Shown in pieces: positions 20,881 through 32,298 of a DNA stretch of 64,000 bases (positions within the stretch are counted from its first letter, which is position 1; the number at the start of each line of letters is the position of its first letter). The notes under the pieces were generated by a model, which saw only the letters and a list, made by a program, of their open reading frames with translations, was not told the origin of the DNA and searched no databases. Position numbers and translations under genes: made by a program. Origin of the DNA: Gaiellales bacterium. GTDB lineage: Bacteria; Actinomycetota; Thermoleophilia; Gaiellales; JAICJC01. The stretch covers positions 1,782 through 65,781 of the forward strand of contig DASUHM010000057.1 of the NCBI GenBank assembly GCA_036273515.1, given 5' to 3'.

Positions 20881-21528
20881 TTGACATATCGAATTACCTT
20901 TGCGGTCACCGGGCGCGCGCGCTTCCTGTCGCACCTGGAGACCGTTGACACCATGCTCGGCGCGCTGCGGCGCGCCGGCTACCAGATAGCCCTGTCGAAG
21001 GGCATGAAGCCCCGCCCCGTGATCTCGCTGGCGCTGCCGCGGGCCGTGGGCGTGCAGGCGCAGGCCGACCTGGCGGACGTCTCCCTGCACGGGGATCACG
21101 ACCCGGCCGAGGTGGCGGAGCGGCTGGACGCCCAGCTGCCGCACGGCATCGCCGTCGTCGCCGTCGAGCCCGCCGAGGGCCCGAAGGCGGCCGCGCGCGT
21201 CGATGCCGCCGAGTACGAGGTGGAAGTCGAAGACGACGTCGACTGGGAGCGCGCCCTGCGCGCGTTCGCGGCCGCGGACAGCTGCGAGGTGGTGCGAACC
21301 GCCCCCGGCAAGCCCGACCGCACGGTCGACGTCACGAAGTACTGCTCGAGCATCGAGCACGAGCCGGGCCTTTTGCGGATGCTGCTTCGGATGACCGACG
21401 CCGGCACCGCCCGCCCGGACGAGATCGCACAGGCGGTCGCCGGCCTCGACGGCCGGACCGCGACCATCAAGCGGCTGGTGCGGACGCGGATCGATCTGCG
21501 TCCCCAGCCGGTAGGAGCACGCACTTGA
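20881..21528 (+). CDS. radical SAM-associated protein (DUF2344 / TIGR03936-like)
   Basis: 215 aa with an N-terminal RITFAVTGRARFLSHLE motif characteristic of this family. TTG start. Confidence 0.75.
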   Translation: MTYRITFAVTGRARFLSHLETVDTMLGALRRAGYQIALSKGMKPRPVISLALPRAVGVQAQADLADVSLHGDHDPAEVAERLDAQLPHGIAVVAVEPAEGPKAAARVDAAEYEVEVEDDVDWERALRAFAAADSCEVVRTAPGKPDRTVDVTKYCSSIEHEPGLLRMLLRMTDAGTARPDEIAQAVAGLDGRTATIKRLVRTRIDLRPQPVGART

Positions 21529-23915
21529 CACTCACATCCAACGTTTCCAAGACAATCCTGATCTCGGTCGACCTGTCCGAGCTGCGGGTGGCCGTGATCG
21601 AGGAGGGCCGCACCGTCGAAGCGCTGATCGAGCGCCGCGGCGAGGGCTCCCTGGCCGGCAACATCTACAAGGGCAAGATCGACAACGTCCTGCGCGGCAT
21701 GGAGGCGGCGTTCGTCGACCTCGGCCTGCCCCGCAACGGCTTCCTGTACGTCGACGACGTCGTCGTGCCCGGCCAGGATCCGAAGTCGCGCCGCCGGCGC
21801 AAGATCGACGAGCTCCTGAAGCCCGGCCAGGAGGTTCTGGTGCAGGTCGTCAAGGACTCCATGGGCACGAAGGGCCCGCGCGTGACGATGGAGCTCTCCA
21901 TCGCCGGCCGGTTCCTGGTGCTCTCGCCGCACGGCGAGGGCTCCGGCGTGTCCCGGCGCCTGCCCGACGGCGAGCGCGAGCGGCTGCGCAAGCTGGCGAA
22001 GTCGCTCGAGCAGGACGAGGGCGGCATCATCGTCCGCACCGCCGCCGCCGGCGCCACGGCCGAGGACCTCGAGCGCGACCTGCGCTTCCTGCACAAGATG
22101 TGGGCGCAGGTGGAGGCGCGGGCCAAGCCGGCCAAGGCGCCGAGCCTCGTCTACGCCGAGGCCGACCTCTCGCTGAAGGTGATCCGAGACCTGCTGGCGC
22201 GCAACGTCGACGAGGTGATCGTCGACTCCGAGCGCCAGTACCGCCGCATCCTGGGATGGGTGCGCACGACCCAGCCGGAGTTCGTCGACCGCATCAAGCT
22301 TCACTCCGACAGCGTGCCGCTGTTCGAGCGCCACGGCGTCGACCAGGCCATCCTCTCGACGCTGAACAAGCGGGTCGACCTGCCCTCCGGCGGCTACCTG
22401 ATCTTCGACTACGCCGAGGCCTTCACCGTCATCGACGTGAACACCGGCCGCTTCGTCGGGTCGTCGGGGCGGCTCGAGGACACGATCACACGCAACAACA
22501 TCGAGGCGGCGCGGGAGGTCATGCGCCAGCTGCGGCTGCGCGACATCGGCGGCATCATCGTCATCGACTTCATCGACATGGCGTCGGCGAAGAACCGGGC
22601 CGAGGTGCTGAAGGTGCTGCAGTCCGAGCTCGAGCACGATCGCACCAAGACGTACCTGGTCGAGATCTCCCCGCTCGGCCTCGTCGAGATGACCCGCCAG
22701 AACGTGACGGCGGGCGTCCGCGAGATCCTCACCCGCACCTGCCCGACCTGCGGCGGCGAGGGCGTCGTCCTCTCCGAGCAGACGATGGCGGTCGAGGCGG
22801 AGCGGCGGCTGCGCAAGATGGCCCGCTCCTCCGGCTCCGACGCGTTCCTCGTCAAGATGAACGCCAAGGTCGCCTCGGGCCTGGTCGGCCCGGGCGGGAT
22901 GAAGCTGCTCGAGCTCGAGCGCGAGACCGGCAAGCACTTCACGCTCGAGCCGGTCGAGCGGATGTCGCTCTCCGACGTCGAGCTCGTGCGCGAGGGCACG
23001 CGCGTCGACGTGGACGGCGAGAGCCTGGCGGTGAAGGACGGCGACGAGAAGTCGGTCAAGATCTCCGAGCCGCACATGTACAACCTGACCGACGGCGTCG
23101 CCCGTCTCGACGGCGGCTACCCGGTCGTCGTCGGGGGCGCGATCGGCTACGTCGGCCAGCAGCACAAGGTGCGGATCGACCGGGCCACGCGCACGGCGGC
23201 GTACGCCTCGCTGCTCGATGCGAAGCCCACGGCCATCGACCTGCCGCCGGAGCCCGGCGACTACGAGCTGCCGGAGTTCGACCGCGAGGTGGGGGAGCGG
23301 CTCGAGCTCGAGCAGCGGACGCGGCCGCGCTCGCGCCGAAAGACGCCGGCGAAGACGACCGCGGCGGTGTCGTCGACGGCCACCGACGAGGCGGCAGACG
23401 CCGAGCCGACGGACGAGGCTCCGGCCGAGAAGCCGAAGCCGCGGCGGCGCACGCGGGCCAAGTCCGCGACGGCCAAGGCCGCAGAGGCCAAGGCCGCCGA
23501 CGCGAAGGCCGATGAGCCGGCGGAGGATGGGGCCGCCGACGCAGACGTGGTCGACGCGACCGCGGTCGACGGCGGCGAGGAGACGGCGACCAAGAAGCGG
23601 CGGCGCGGCAAGCGCGGCGGCCGGGGGCGGTCGAAGTCGGCGGCTGCGGCATCGGCCGACGGCGCGGCGCCCGCCGACGGCGACACGCCGGCCGCCTCGG
23701 ACGCCTCGGCGGACGCTGCGGCCCCGGCCCCCAAGCCGCGGACGCGGCGGCGGGCTCCGGCCAAGAAGACGACCAAGGCGGCGGCCGCGGCCGACGCCGA
23801 GCCCGCCCCGGCCGCGGCCCCGGAGCCGGCGCCCGCCGCGGTTGCCGGCGACGGCGACGGCGGCGATGCGGGTGAGCGCAAGCGCGGCCTGCTGGGAAAG
23901 ATCCTGGGTAGCTGA
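21525..23915 (+). CDS. rne: ribonuclease E/G family endoribonuclease with long basic disordered C-terminal tail
   Basis: 796 aa. S1 domain (GNIYKGKIDNVLRGMEAAFVDLG), catalytic core (VIDFIDM, CPTCGGEG zinc link), then an Ala/Pro/Arg/Lys-rich tail from about 23217. Confidence 0.93.
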   Translation: MTLTSNVSKTILISVDLSELRVAVIEEGRTVEALIERRGEGSLAGNIYKGKIDNVLRGMEAAFVDLGLPRNGFLYVDDVVVPGQDPKSRRRRKIDELLKPGQEVLVQVVKDSMGTKGPRVTMELSIAGRFLVLSPHGEGSGVSRRLPDGERERLRKLAKSLEQDEGGIIVRTAAAGATAEDLERDLRFLHKMWAQVEARAKPAKAPSLVYAEADLSLKVIRDLLARNVDEVIVDSERQYRRILGWVRTTQPEFVDRIKLHSDSVPLFERHGVDQAILSTLNKRVDLPSGGYLIFDYAEAFTVIDVNTGRFVGSSGRLEDTITRNNIEAAREVMRQLRLRDIGGIIVIDFIDMASAKNRAEVLKVLQSELEHDRTKTYLVEISPLGLVEMTRQNVTAGVREILTRTCPTCGGEGVVLSEQTMAVEAERRLRKMARSSGSDAFLVKMNAKVASGLVGPGGMKLLELERETGKHFTLEPVERMSLSDVELVREGTRVDVDGESLAVKDGDEKSVKISEPHMYNLTDGVARLDGGYPVVVGGAIGYVGQQHKVRIDRATRTAAYASLLDAKPTAIDLPPEPGDYELPEFDREVGERLELEQRTRPRSRRKTPAKTTAAVSSTATDEAADAEPTDEAPAEKPKPRRRTRAKSATAKAAEAKAADAKADEPAEDGAADADVVDATAVDGGEETATKKRRRGKRGGRGRSKSAAAASADGAAPADGDTPAASDASADAAAPAPKPRTRRRAPAKKTTKAAAAADAEPAPAAAPEPAPAAVAGDGDGGDAGERKRGLLGKILGS

Positions 23916-23949
23916 GCGGGCTCGGCGCTCTGGTACCATTCCGCGGCTC

Positions 23950-24451
23950 ATGTATGCGGTGATCAAGATCGGCGGCAAGCAGTATCGGGTCGAGGAGGGC
24001 CAGAAGCTCCTCGTCGACCGGCAGCCGCATGCCGCCGGCGATGCGTTCACGCCCGACGTCCTGATGACGGGCGGCGACGACGTGGTCACCGACCGCTCGA
24101 AGCTCGAGGGCGCCGTCTCGGTGCAGGTCGTCGAGCATCTGCGGGGCGAGAAGATCAAGGTGTTCAAGTTCAAGCCGAAGCGCGGCTACAAGAGAACCCG
24201 CGGGCACCGCTCTGAGCTGACCCGGATCTCGGTCGAGTCGATCGGCGGATCGTCGAAGCCGAAGCGGGCACCGGCCCGCAAGGCGGAGCCGGAGAAGGCC
24301 GAGGCGAAGCCGGCCGCGGACAAGCCGAAGCCCAAGCCCAAGCCGAAGGCGGCCGCCAAGCCACGGGCCGCGGCGAAGCCGAAAGCCGACGCCGCCGAGA
24401 AGCCGGCGCCGAAGCCGCGGCGCACGCGGGCGAAGAAGGAGGACGCGGACG

Positions 24452-24462
<11 letters not shown>
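23950..24462 (+). CDS. rplU: 50S ribosomal protein L21 with Lys/Pro/Ala-rich C-terminal extension
   Basis: [18 protein letters not shown] core. About 70 extra residues include KPKPKPKPK. Confidence 0.93.
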
Positions 24463-26569
<2,107 letters not shown>

Positions 26570-26626
26570 GCTGATCGCGTCGATGGGGATCAGCGTCTGA
26601 CAGACACCACCCAGCTCGCGCATCGC

Positions 26627-26947
26627 ATGGCGTCCCTGGCGGCGGAGAAGCTCGCCACCGACATCGTGATCCTGGACATGCGCGACGTGGTCAGCTACAC
26701 GGACCATTTCGTGATCTGCTCCGGGCGGAATCCCCGGCAGGCGCAGGCGATCGCCGACCAGATCGCCGAGGTGCTGAAGCGCGACCGGCTGATGCCGCGA
26801 CGGGTGGAGGGGCACCGCCAGGGCGACTGGATCCTGCTGGACTACCTGGACGTCGTCGTGCACGTCTTCACGCCCGAGGCGCGGTCGTTCTACCGGCTCG
26901 AGGCGCTCTGGGGCCAGGTGCCCAGCGAGACGTACGCGGCCGGGTAG
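26627..26947 (+). CDS. rsfS: ribosome silencing factor
   Basis: 106 aa with KLATDIVILDMRDV..DHFVICSG..Q..AIAD motifs. The nadD-rsfS order is conserved. Confidence 0.88.
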   Translation: MASLAAEKLATDIVILDMRDVVSYTDHFVICSGRNPRQAQAIADQIAEVLKRDRLMPRRVEGHRQGDWILLDYLDVVVHVFTPEARSFYRLEALWGQVPSETYAAG

Positions 26948-26953
26948 CAACCG

Positions 26954-27361
26954 GTGGAGCAGGAGCGGCGGTTCACCCGGGAGGAGGCGCAGCGGCTCCT
27001 CGACTCGGAGCTCCGCGCGCTGGCCGAGCGGATGGTGGAGGAGCGTGCGAAGAGCCGCGACCTCGAGTCGCGCTGGCGCAAGCTCGTGATCGCGATCGGC
27101 TCGAACGGCGGCAACATGGAGCGGCCCGAGGTGCGCGACCTGCAGGCCGCGGTGCAGGCGTCGCACGCCGAGCTCGAGCAGATCGTCGCCAGGTTCACCG
27201 CCGAGGGCGTGCAGGTGAAGGACATGGACCGCGGCCTGATCGACTTCCCCGCCTGGGTCGGCGACCAGGATGCGCTCCTATGCTGGCACGTCGGCGAGGA
27301 GCGGATCGCGTTCTGGCACTCGCCGGAAGACGGGTTCGCCGGCCGGAAGCCGCTCGAGTGA
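26954..27361 (+). CDS. DUF2203-like protein
   Basis: 135 aa. An N-terminal coiled region, then GLIDFPAW...LCWHVGEERIAFWH, typical of DUF2203. Confidence 0.65.
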   Translation: MEQERRFTREEAQRLLDSELRALAERMVEERAKSRDLESRWRKLVIAIGSNGGNMERPEVRDLQAAVQASHAELEQIVARFTAEGVQVKDMDRGLIDFPAWVGDQDALLCWHVGEERIAFWHSPEDGFAGRKPLE

Positions 27362-27939
27362 GCGCCGGCGAGCACCTGAACGCGGCGCTCGCCGCCGAGG
27401 CCGACGCCTACCGGGCGCTGTTGGCCGGCGAGGACGCGCGGCCGGCACTGGTGCGCGCCCGCGACGCGTACCTCGCGTCGCACGCCGAGACCGGGCCGAG
27501 CAGCTGGGGCCGGATTCTGGGCGCGCTCAAGATGTCGATCCTGGCCGGCGACGGAGCGGAGACGATCGCACGGCAGGCCAGCGTCGAGGCGCGAGAGGCC
27601 GACTCGCCCGCCTCCACGTACGTGCGCGCGCTGGCCCGGGTGACGCTCGGCGAGGCGCCGGACGTCGACGCGATGCTTGTGGCGGGCGAGCCGTTCGCGC
27701 GGACCGGCCGTGCCCTGGCGGCGCTCGCGGCCGGCGACCGGCCCGGCTACGCGGCCGCGCTGGCCGACATCGTGGCCGACTTCGAGGCCCGCGACCAGCA
27801 CCTCTCCGGGGTCGCGATCGCCGACACCGCCCTCGTCCTGGAACGGCTCGCCGAGCCGCGCGGGATGGCCGTGCGCCCGTCCGGGCCGCTGGTGCCTGCG
27901 GTCCGCGCGGGTATACTGCGGCCCGATCTGGGGCTATAG
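27358..27939 (+). CDS. hypothetical protein (Ala-rich helical)
   Basis: 193 aa from a GTG in GTGA overlap with the previous stop. Coding-like composition. The 3' end overlaps the tRNA by 10 nt. Confidence 0.55.
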   Translation: MSAGEHLNAALAAEADAYRALLAGEDARPALVRARDAYLASHAETGPSSWGRILGALKMSILAGDGAETIARQASVEAREADSPASTYVRALARVTLGEAPDVDAMLVAGEPFARTGRALAALAAGDRPGYAAALADIVADFEARDQHLSGVAIADTALVLERLAEPRGMAVRPSGPLVPAVRAGILRPDLGL

Positions 27940-28002
27940 CTCAGCTGGGAGAGCGCCACGCTGGCAGCGTGGAGGTCGTCGGTTCGAGCCCGACTAGCTC
28001 CA
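27930..28002 (+). tRNA. tRNA-Ala (anticodon GGC)
   Basis: Cloverleaf read by eye: acceptor GGGGCTA/TAGCTCC with G3:U70, D-arm GCTC/GAGC, anticodon stem CCACG/CGTGG with loop CTGGCAG, T-arm GTCGG-TTCGAGC-CCGAC. CCA is not encoded. Confidence 0.93.
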
Positions 28003-28304
28003 TCCTCGGATCGCCGGTCGGGCGCCGGCTCAGGCACGCGGCCGGTGCGCACACGAGCCGGCTGCGATTCGCGCGACTACGCCCGCAGCCGCCCACAGGA
28101 GCTCGGCCCGAAGCGGGTGCAGGCGGTACGGCGGGGCGCCGCCAGAGTGGACGAGAGAAGCGGCGGCGAGAACATCCGCCAGGTGATCACGCCCGCGATG
28201 GCGAGGGCGGCCGCCAGCGCCGCGGCGCCGACCGGGAGCAACCAACCTCGGTACCGCTTCGCAGCCACGGCTCACGGATACGCCCCCCTACACTTCGCCG
28301 CCAC

Positions 28305-28675
28305 ATGGACCGGCAAGCGGAGAACGAGCGGCTCGGCCTCGAGCCGACGGCGGACGCCGGCACCCGGCTGAGCGCGGACGCCGCCTGGGACGAGTCGACC
28401 CGCCCGCACCGCGAGGCGGCCGACGCCGGCGTCGAGTACAGCCGCCGACGCGGCCGCCTGGTCGGCCGGCACCTGATCGACGTGCACGACACTGCGGCGC
28501 GCCCTGGATCAGCTGCGCGACGTGCTCGCCGCGGTGCGTGACGGTGCCCGTAGCGCAGGGGAAGCCCGCGATCGACCTGCTCACCGACGGGCTGCGCTCA
28601 CACGTGTCCTACGGGGAGCACGAGATCGTCGAGCCCCTCGCCCGGCTCGGCTTCTCTCCCGGTCAGGTCAGCTGA
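28305..28675 (+). pseudogene. possible decayed gene fragment (hemerythrin/HHE-like helices split over three frames)
   Basis: Sensible peptide pieces (HLIDVHD / LRRALDQLRDVLAAVRDG / KPAIDLLTDGLRSHVSYGEHEIVEPLARLGF) lie in three different frames. No intact ORF is present. Confidence 0.3.
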
Positions 28676-28971
28676 AAGACCGAGATGACCTGGTCGTCCG
28701 GGTCGCGGAACCAGGCGATCAGCATGTCGCCGAGGTCGGCGACGGTCGCGGCGAGGTCGTCAGTCTGGAACGAGGCAAGCGGCCAGTCGGCCTGGCCGGC
28801 GTACGCGGCGACGTCGAGCAGGAACAGCCTCGTCGTGCCGCCCGCCCGCAGCGCGTAGCCGCCCGGTGCAGGCTCCCCGTCGAGCTCGAGCGTGCCCTCG
28901 TAGAAGGCGCGCGATGCGTCCATGTCGGACACGGGGATGATCGCCCCGGCGTTCAGGGAGCGCAGCTGCAT
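28663..28971 (-). CDS. VOC (glyoxalase/bleomycin-resistance/dioxygenase) family protein
   Basis: 102 aa with IIPVSDMDASRAFYEGTL and FRDPDD motifs. Confidence 0.75.
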   Translation of the reverse strand: MQLRSLNAGAIIPVSDMDASRAFYEGTLELDGEPAPGGYALRAGGTTRLFLLDVAAYAGQADWPLASFQTDDLAATVADLGDMLIAWFRDPDDQVISVFQLT

Positions 28972-29018
28972 GGCGCTCCTCTGCCCCTGAGGGGGCTGTT
29001 TTTTTACCCCGACCGCGG

Positions 29019-29306
29019 CTAGGCAGCCGCTTCGTCGGCTCCGGCGAGCGGCGGGGGGAAGCCGATGTAGTTCAGCTCGTTCGAGATGACCTCGATCGGG
29101 TGGTAGGCGTCCTGGTGCAGCTCGCCGTCGGCGTTCACCGTGAACGGGATGATGCAGGCGCGCACGAACGCGAGCCGCTCGACGGCCCGCTCGATGTTGC
29201 GCAGGATCTCACCCGCCTCGCCGTGGTTGATCACGGCGTCGAAGTACGCCGCCATCTGCGACCGGTACGCCGCCTCCTCGGGCGTGTCATGCACGTTCTC
29301 CGCCAC
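29019..29306 (-). CDS. hypothetical protein
   Basis: 95 aa from a GTG preceded by AGGAGAG. No family recognised. Confidence 0.5.
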   Translation of the reverse strand: MAENVHDTPEEAAYRSQMAAYFDAVINHGEAGEILRNIERAVERLAFVRACIIPFTVNADGELHQDAYHPIEVISNELNYIGFPPPLAGADEAAA

Positions 29307-29430
29307 GGAAACCACTCTCCTCGTTCGACTCGAGGCGCGCCCGGATGGGGCCGAGCTGGGCATGCGCCGCAACCCTAGCATCCTGCAATACCTGCCGATG
29401 TCAACCGGCGGACGCTGCGAGAATTGCCGC

Positions 29431-29655
29431 TCAGGCGGCCGCGGCGAGGGCGGCGTACGCGTACGGGTGGTTGAACGCGTTCAGCGCCTGGTCGCGGGCG
29501 ACGGGGAGCTCGAAGCAGGCTTCCGTGTCGCGCTCGATGACCTGCACCGAGATCGCGTCGCTGACCGGGTTCCAGAGCAGCGTCACCTCGACGCCGTCGG
29601 CGCTTCTGTGGGCGAGCTCTCGCCGGCCCATCTCGATGTTCTGCGCGTCTGCCAT
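29431..29655 (-). CDS. hypothetical small protein (actinobacterial LLW...HPYAYA-type family)
   Basis: 74 aa from an ATG preceded by GGAGGA. VEVTLLWNP..ISVQVIE..FELPV..ALNAFNHPYAYA resembles a widespread small actinobacterial protein. Confidence 0.55.
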   Translation of the reverse strand: MADAQNIEMGRRELAHRSADGVEVTLLWNPVSDAISVQVIERDTEACFELPVARDQALNAFNHPYAYAALAAAA

Positions 29656-29720
29656 CTCCGGTCCTCCGGATCTCGTCGTCTCCATGGAGTACGACTGCCG
29701 GAGGAGCGCGGATTCAGCGG

Positions 29721-31355
29721 TCAATCAGGAGGAAGCTCCCGGTAGACCAGGTCGACGTCCACGCCGGAGCCCTTCCGCCACACCCGGGCGCCGTAGTAGA
29801 CCAGGAGCCCGAACGCCGCGGTCGCGAGCATGAACGCGGGCACGTACCAGCGGTGGCTCGAGACTCCGGAGAGCGCCAGGTCGGGGTACTTGAGCGTGTC
29901 GTAGACCAGGAACGCCATCGCCAGGAACGAGAGCGGCGAGACGATCTTGAGCAGCGGGATGCCGCCGACACTCACGTTCGCGGGAGACGAGTTGTACAGG
30001 TCGGGGCGCCGGTCGGGGAAGACGAACGCCGCGATGCAGACGATCCAGACGCAGACGACGCCGGCCAGCACGCCGAGCGCGAGCCAGGTCTGGAAGGTGG
30101 TCTTCTCGACGCTCCAGATCAGCATCACGGTGACGATGCCCATCACGAGCAGGATCGCCGGGACGGGCGAGTGCGTGCGCTCGTTCACCTCGGCGAACTT
30201 CTCGGGCAGGAGCCGGTCGAACGCCCAGGCGAATACCGTGCGCACCGGCATGAACGTGTTGCCGACCATCGCCGGCAGGCTCCAGAAGGCGAACGACGCC
30301 ACGATCAGGATCGTCAGGAAGTCGTTGTTGAAGACCAGCGAGGCGATGAAGTGGTACCAGGGCCCGGTGGGGATCGTGTAGTCGGCCGGGCCGGCGTTCA
30401 CGCCCGCCATGAACGGGTAGCCGGCGACCTTGTAGATCAGGAGGACGCCGATGATCAGGAACACGACGTCCCACACCAGCGCGCCGAACATGATGCCCAT
30501 CTGGCGGTTGCGGTTGGCGGCGCTCTTGAGCTCGCCGGCCAGGTAGACGCTCCACCAGTTCCACATCATGAAGGTCATGATCACGAAGACGGCCGGGAGC
30601 GTTGCGCTCCACTCGCCGGGGTGCCCCGACGTGGCCGGCGCCGCCGCGACGATCCTGTGGAACACGTCGCCGTGGCCGCCGAACGTGTGCGCCAGGTTGT
30701 TGAAGTTGTTCTGGAGATCCGAGGAGCTCCCGAACAGGAACACGATGAAGGCGATGAACGTCCCGATCGAGGCGATCGCCCAGAACGTGTTCTGCCACCG
30801 GAACACGGCTTTCGTGCCGGCGATGAGGATCGCCGTCATGAGCACGATCATCGCGAGGGCGCCGAAGAAGATCCACCACTTGTGGGTCTGGAAGTTGTTC
30901 CCCCACCGGATCAGATCGGGCTTGTTGAAGATGACGCCGAGCGTGGAGAGGATGGGGCCGAGTCCGAACACCGGGAAGTAGCGGGCCCAGAACGTCGCGC
31001 CGATCAGCGCGGAGAACGCCGCGCCGAAGTTCGAGACGACGGCGAGCGGCGGCGACAGGATGCGGCTCACCCAGACGTAGTCGCCGCCCGTGCGCGGCAT
31101 GCTGGCCGCGAGCAGCGACATCATGATCAGGACGGGGATGTTGAGGGCGAACGCGATCAGCGTCGCCGTGACCAGGTCGCTGCCGGGGAACACGGCGAGC
31201 GCGAAGAACACGCCCCAGGCCAGGGTCGCGCCGACCGGGGCCGAGAAGACGGCGTTGAAGATGGCCGCGTCGATGGCCGACGCCTCGCGCACGAGGCCGG
31301 TGCTCCGACGCACGAACAGCTCCTGGGTCGGCGTCCCGTCGCTCGTCTCGCTCAT
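29721..31355 (-). CDS. APC superfamily amino acid/polyamine permease
   Basis: 544 aa with about 12-13 TM segments, from an ATG preceded by GGGAGGGG. Divergent from the DeoR regulator gene. Confidence 0.85.
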   Translation of the reverse strand: MSETSDGTPTQELFVRRSTGLVREASAIDAAIFNAVFSAPVGATLAWGVFFALAVFPGSDLVTATLIAFALNIPVLIMMSLLAASMPRTGGDYVWVSRILSPPLAVVSNFGAAFSALIGATFWARYFPVFGLGPILSTLGVIFNKPDLIRWGNNFQTHKWWIFFGALAMIVLMTAILIAGTKAVFRWQNTFWAIASIGTFIAFIVFLFGSSSDLQNNFNNLAHTFGGHGDVFHRIVAAAPATSGHPGEWSATLPAVFVIMTFMMWNWWSVYLAGELKSAANRNRQMGIMFGALVWDVVFLIIGVLLIYKVAGYPFMAGVNAGPADYTIPTGPWYHFIASLVFNNDFLTILIVASFAFWSLPAMVGNTFMPVRTVFAWAFDRLLPEKFAEVNERTHSPVPAILLVMGIVTVMLIWSVEKTTFQTWLALGVLAGVVCVWIVCIAAFVFPDRRPDLYNSSPANVSVGGIPLLKIVSPLSFLAMAFLVYDTLKYPDLALSGVSSHRWYVPAFMLATAAFGLLVYYGARVWRKGSGVDVDLVYRELPPD

Positions 31356-31515
31356 TCGTCCCCTCCCTGCTGGCACGTTGTCCGGACCGTGTATATAACA
31401 AGATCGAACATCGAAGGCAAGTGACTGCTGTGATCGGACAGGGGTCTGAGGGTGGCAAGCACGCAACAGGACATGTTCTCGTGTCATCTAGTGTGATCGA
31501 ACCGGGGCGACAGCC

Positions 31516-32298
31516 GTGAGCATGCCCGCCGTCGACCGGCGGCACCGCATCCTGGAACGCGTGGCGGAGGAGCAGACGATCCACATCCGCGAGCTCGCGA
31601 CCGACCTCGACGTCTCGGAGATGACGATCCGGCGCGACATCACCCGCCTGGAGCGCGACGGCTTCCTGCGCCGGACGTACGGCGGCGCGACGGCCCACGT
31701 CACCCGCTCGCTCGAGCTCGCGTTCAATGCCCGCGCCCTGCAGAGCGCGTCGGCCAAGCGCCTGATCGGGATGACCGCCGCGCCGCTCGTCGCCGGCGCG
31801 TCGACCCTGTTCGTCGGCACGGGGACGACCGCCGAGCAGCTGGCCCTCTTCCTGCCGGCCCGCGACGACGTCACGGTGGTCACCAACTCGCTCCCCGTCG
31901 CCAGCCTGCTCGGCACCCGGCCGGGCCGCGTCGTCATCCTGGGCGGCGGGGTGCGCCGCCACGAGCTGTGCTGCGTCGGGCCGGTCGCGGGCGCGACCGT
32001 GCGCCGCTACCACGCCGACTTCGCCGTGCTCGGCGCCGCCGGGCTCTCCGCCCGCACCGGCGTGATGGAGCTCGACGACGAGACCGCCGAGGTGCACCGG
32101 CTGATGGCCGAGCACGCGGACGTGGTGCTCGCCGTCGTCGACGGGTCGAAGGTGGGGGAGACCGCGCCCGCCGCCGTCCTGCCGGCGGATGCGGTGACCA
32201 CGCTCGTCACCGACGTGTCCGCGCCGGCGGCCGAGTCCGAGGCGCTGCGGGAGCGCGGCGTGAACGTCATTGTCGCCAGACCGCAGGGAGGGAGCTGA
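31516..32298 (+). CDS. DeoR family transcriptional regulator
   Basis: N-terminal wHTH (RHRILERVAEEQTIHIRELATDLDVSEMTIRRDITRLERDGFLRRTYGGA) plus a DeoR C-terminal sugar-phosphate sensor domain. Confidence 0.9.
   Translation: MSMPAVDRRHRILERVAEEQTIHIRELATDLDVSEMTIRRDITRLERDGFLRRTYGGATAHVTRSLELAFNARALQSASAKRLIGMTAAPLVAGASTLFVGTGTTAEQLALFLPARDDVTVVTNSLPVASLLGTRPGRVVILGGGVRRHELCCVGPVAGATVRRYHADFAVLGAAGLSARTGVMELDDETAEVHRLMAEHADVVLAVVDGSKVGETAPAAVLPADAVTTLVTDVSAPAAESEALRERGVNVIVARPQGGS

Noticed and set aside
21096-24173. 1025-aa minus-strand ORF opposite rne and rplU
   Set aside because: Antisense artefact, Arg/Gly/Pro-rich, overlapping clearly real genes.
28077-28268. 63-aa minus-strand ORF with one hydrophobic helix downstream of the tRNA
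   Set aside because: It is short, has no Shine-Dalgarno sequence and has an Arg/Pro-rich tail. It cannot be distinguished from a chance ORF and is mentioned only within the decayed-flank finding.
27930-29400. Integrative element or prophage inserted at tRNA-Ala
   Set aside because: I could not find an integrase, excisionase or phage-like gene, or a direct repeat of the tRNA 3' end. Only the weaker 'decayed flank' observation is retained.
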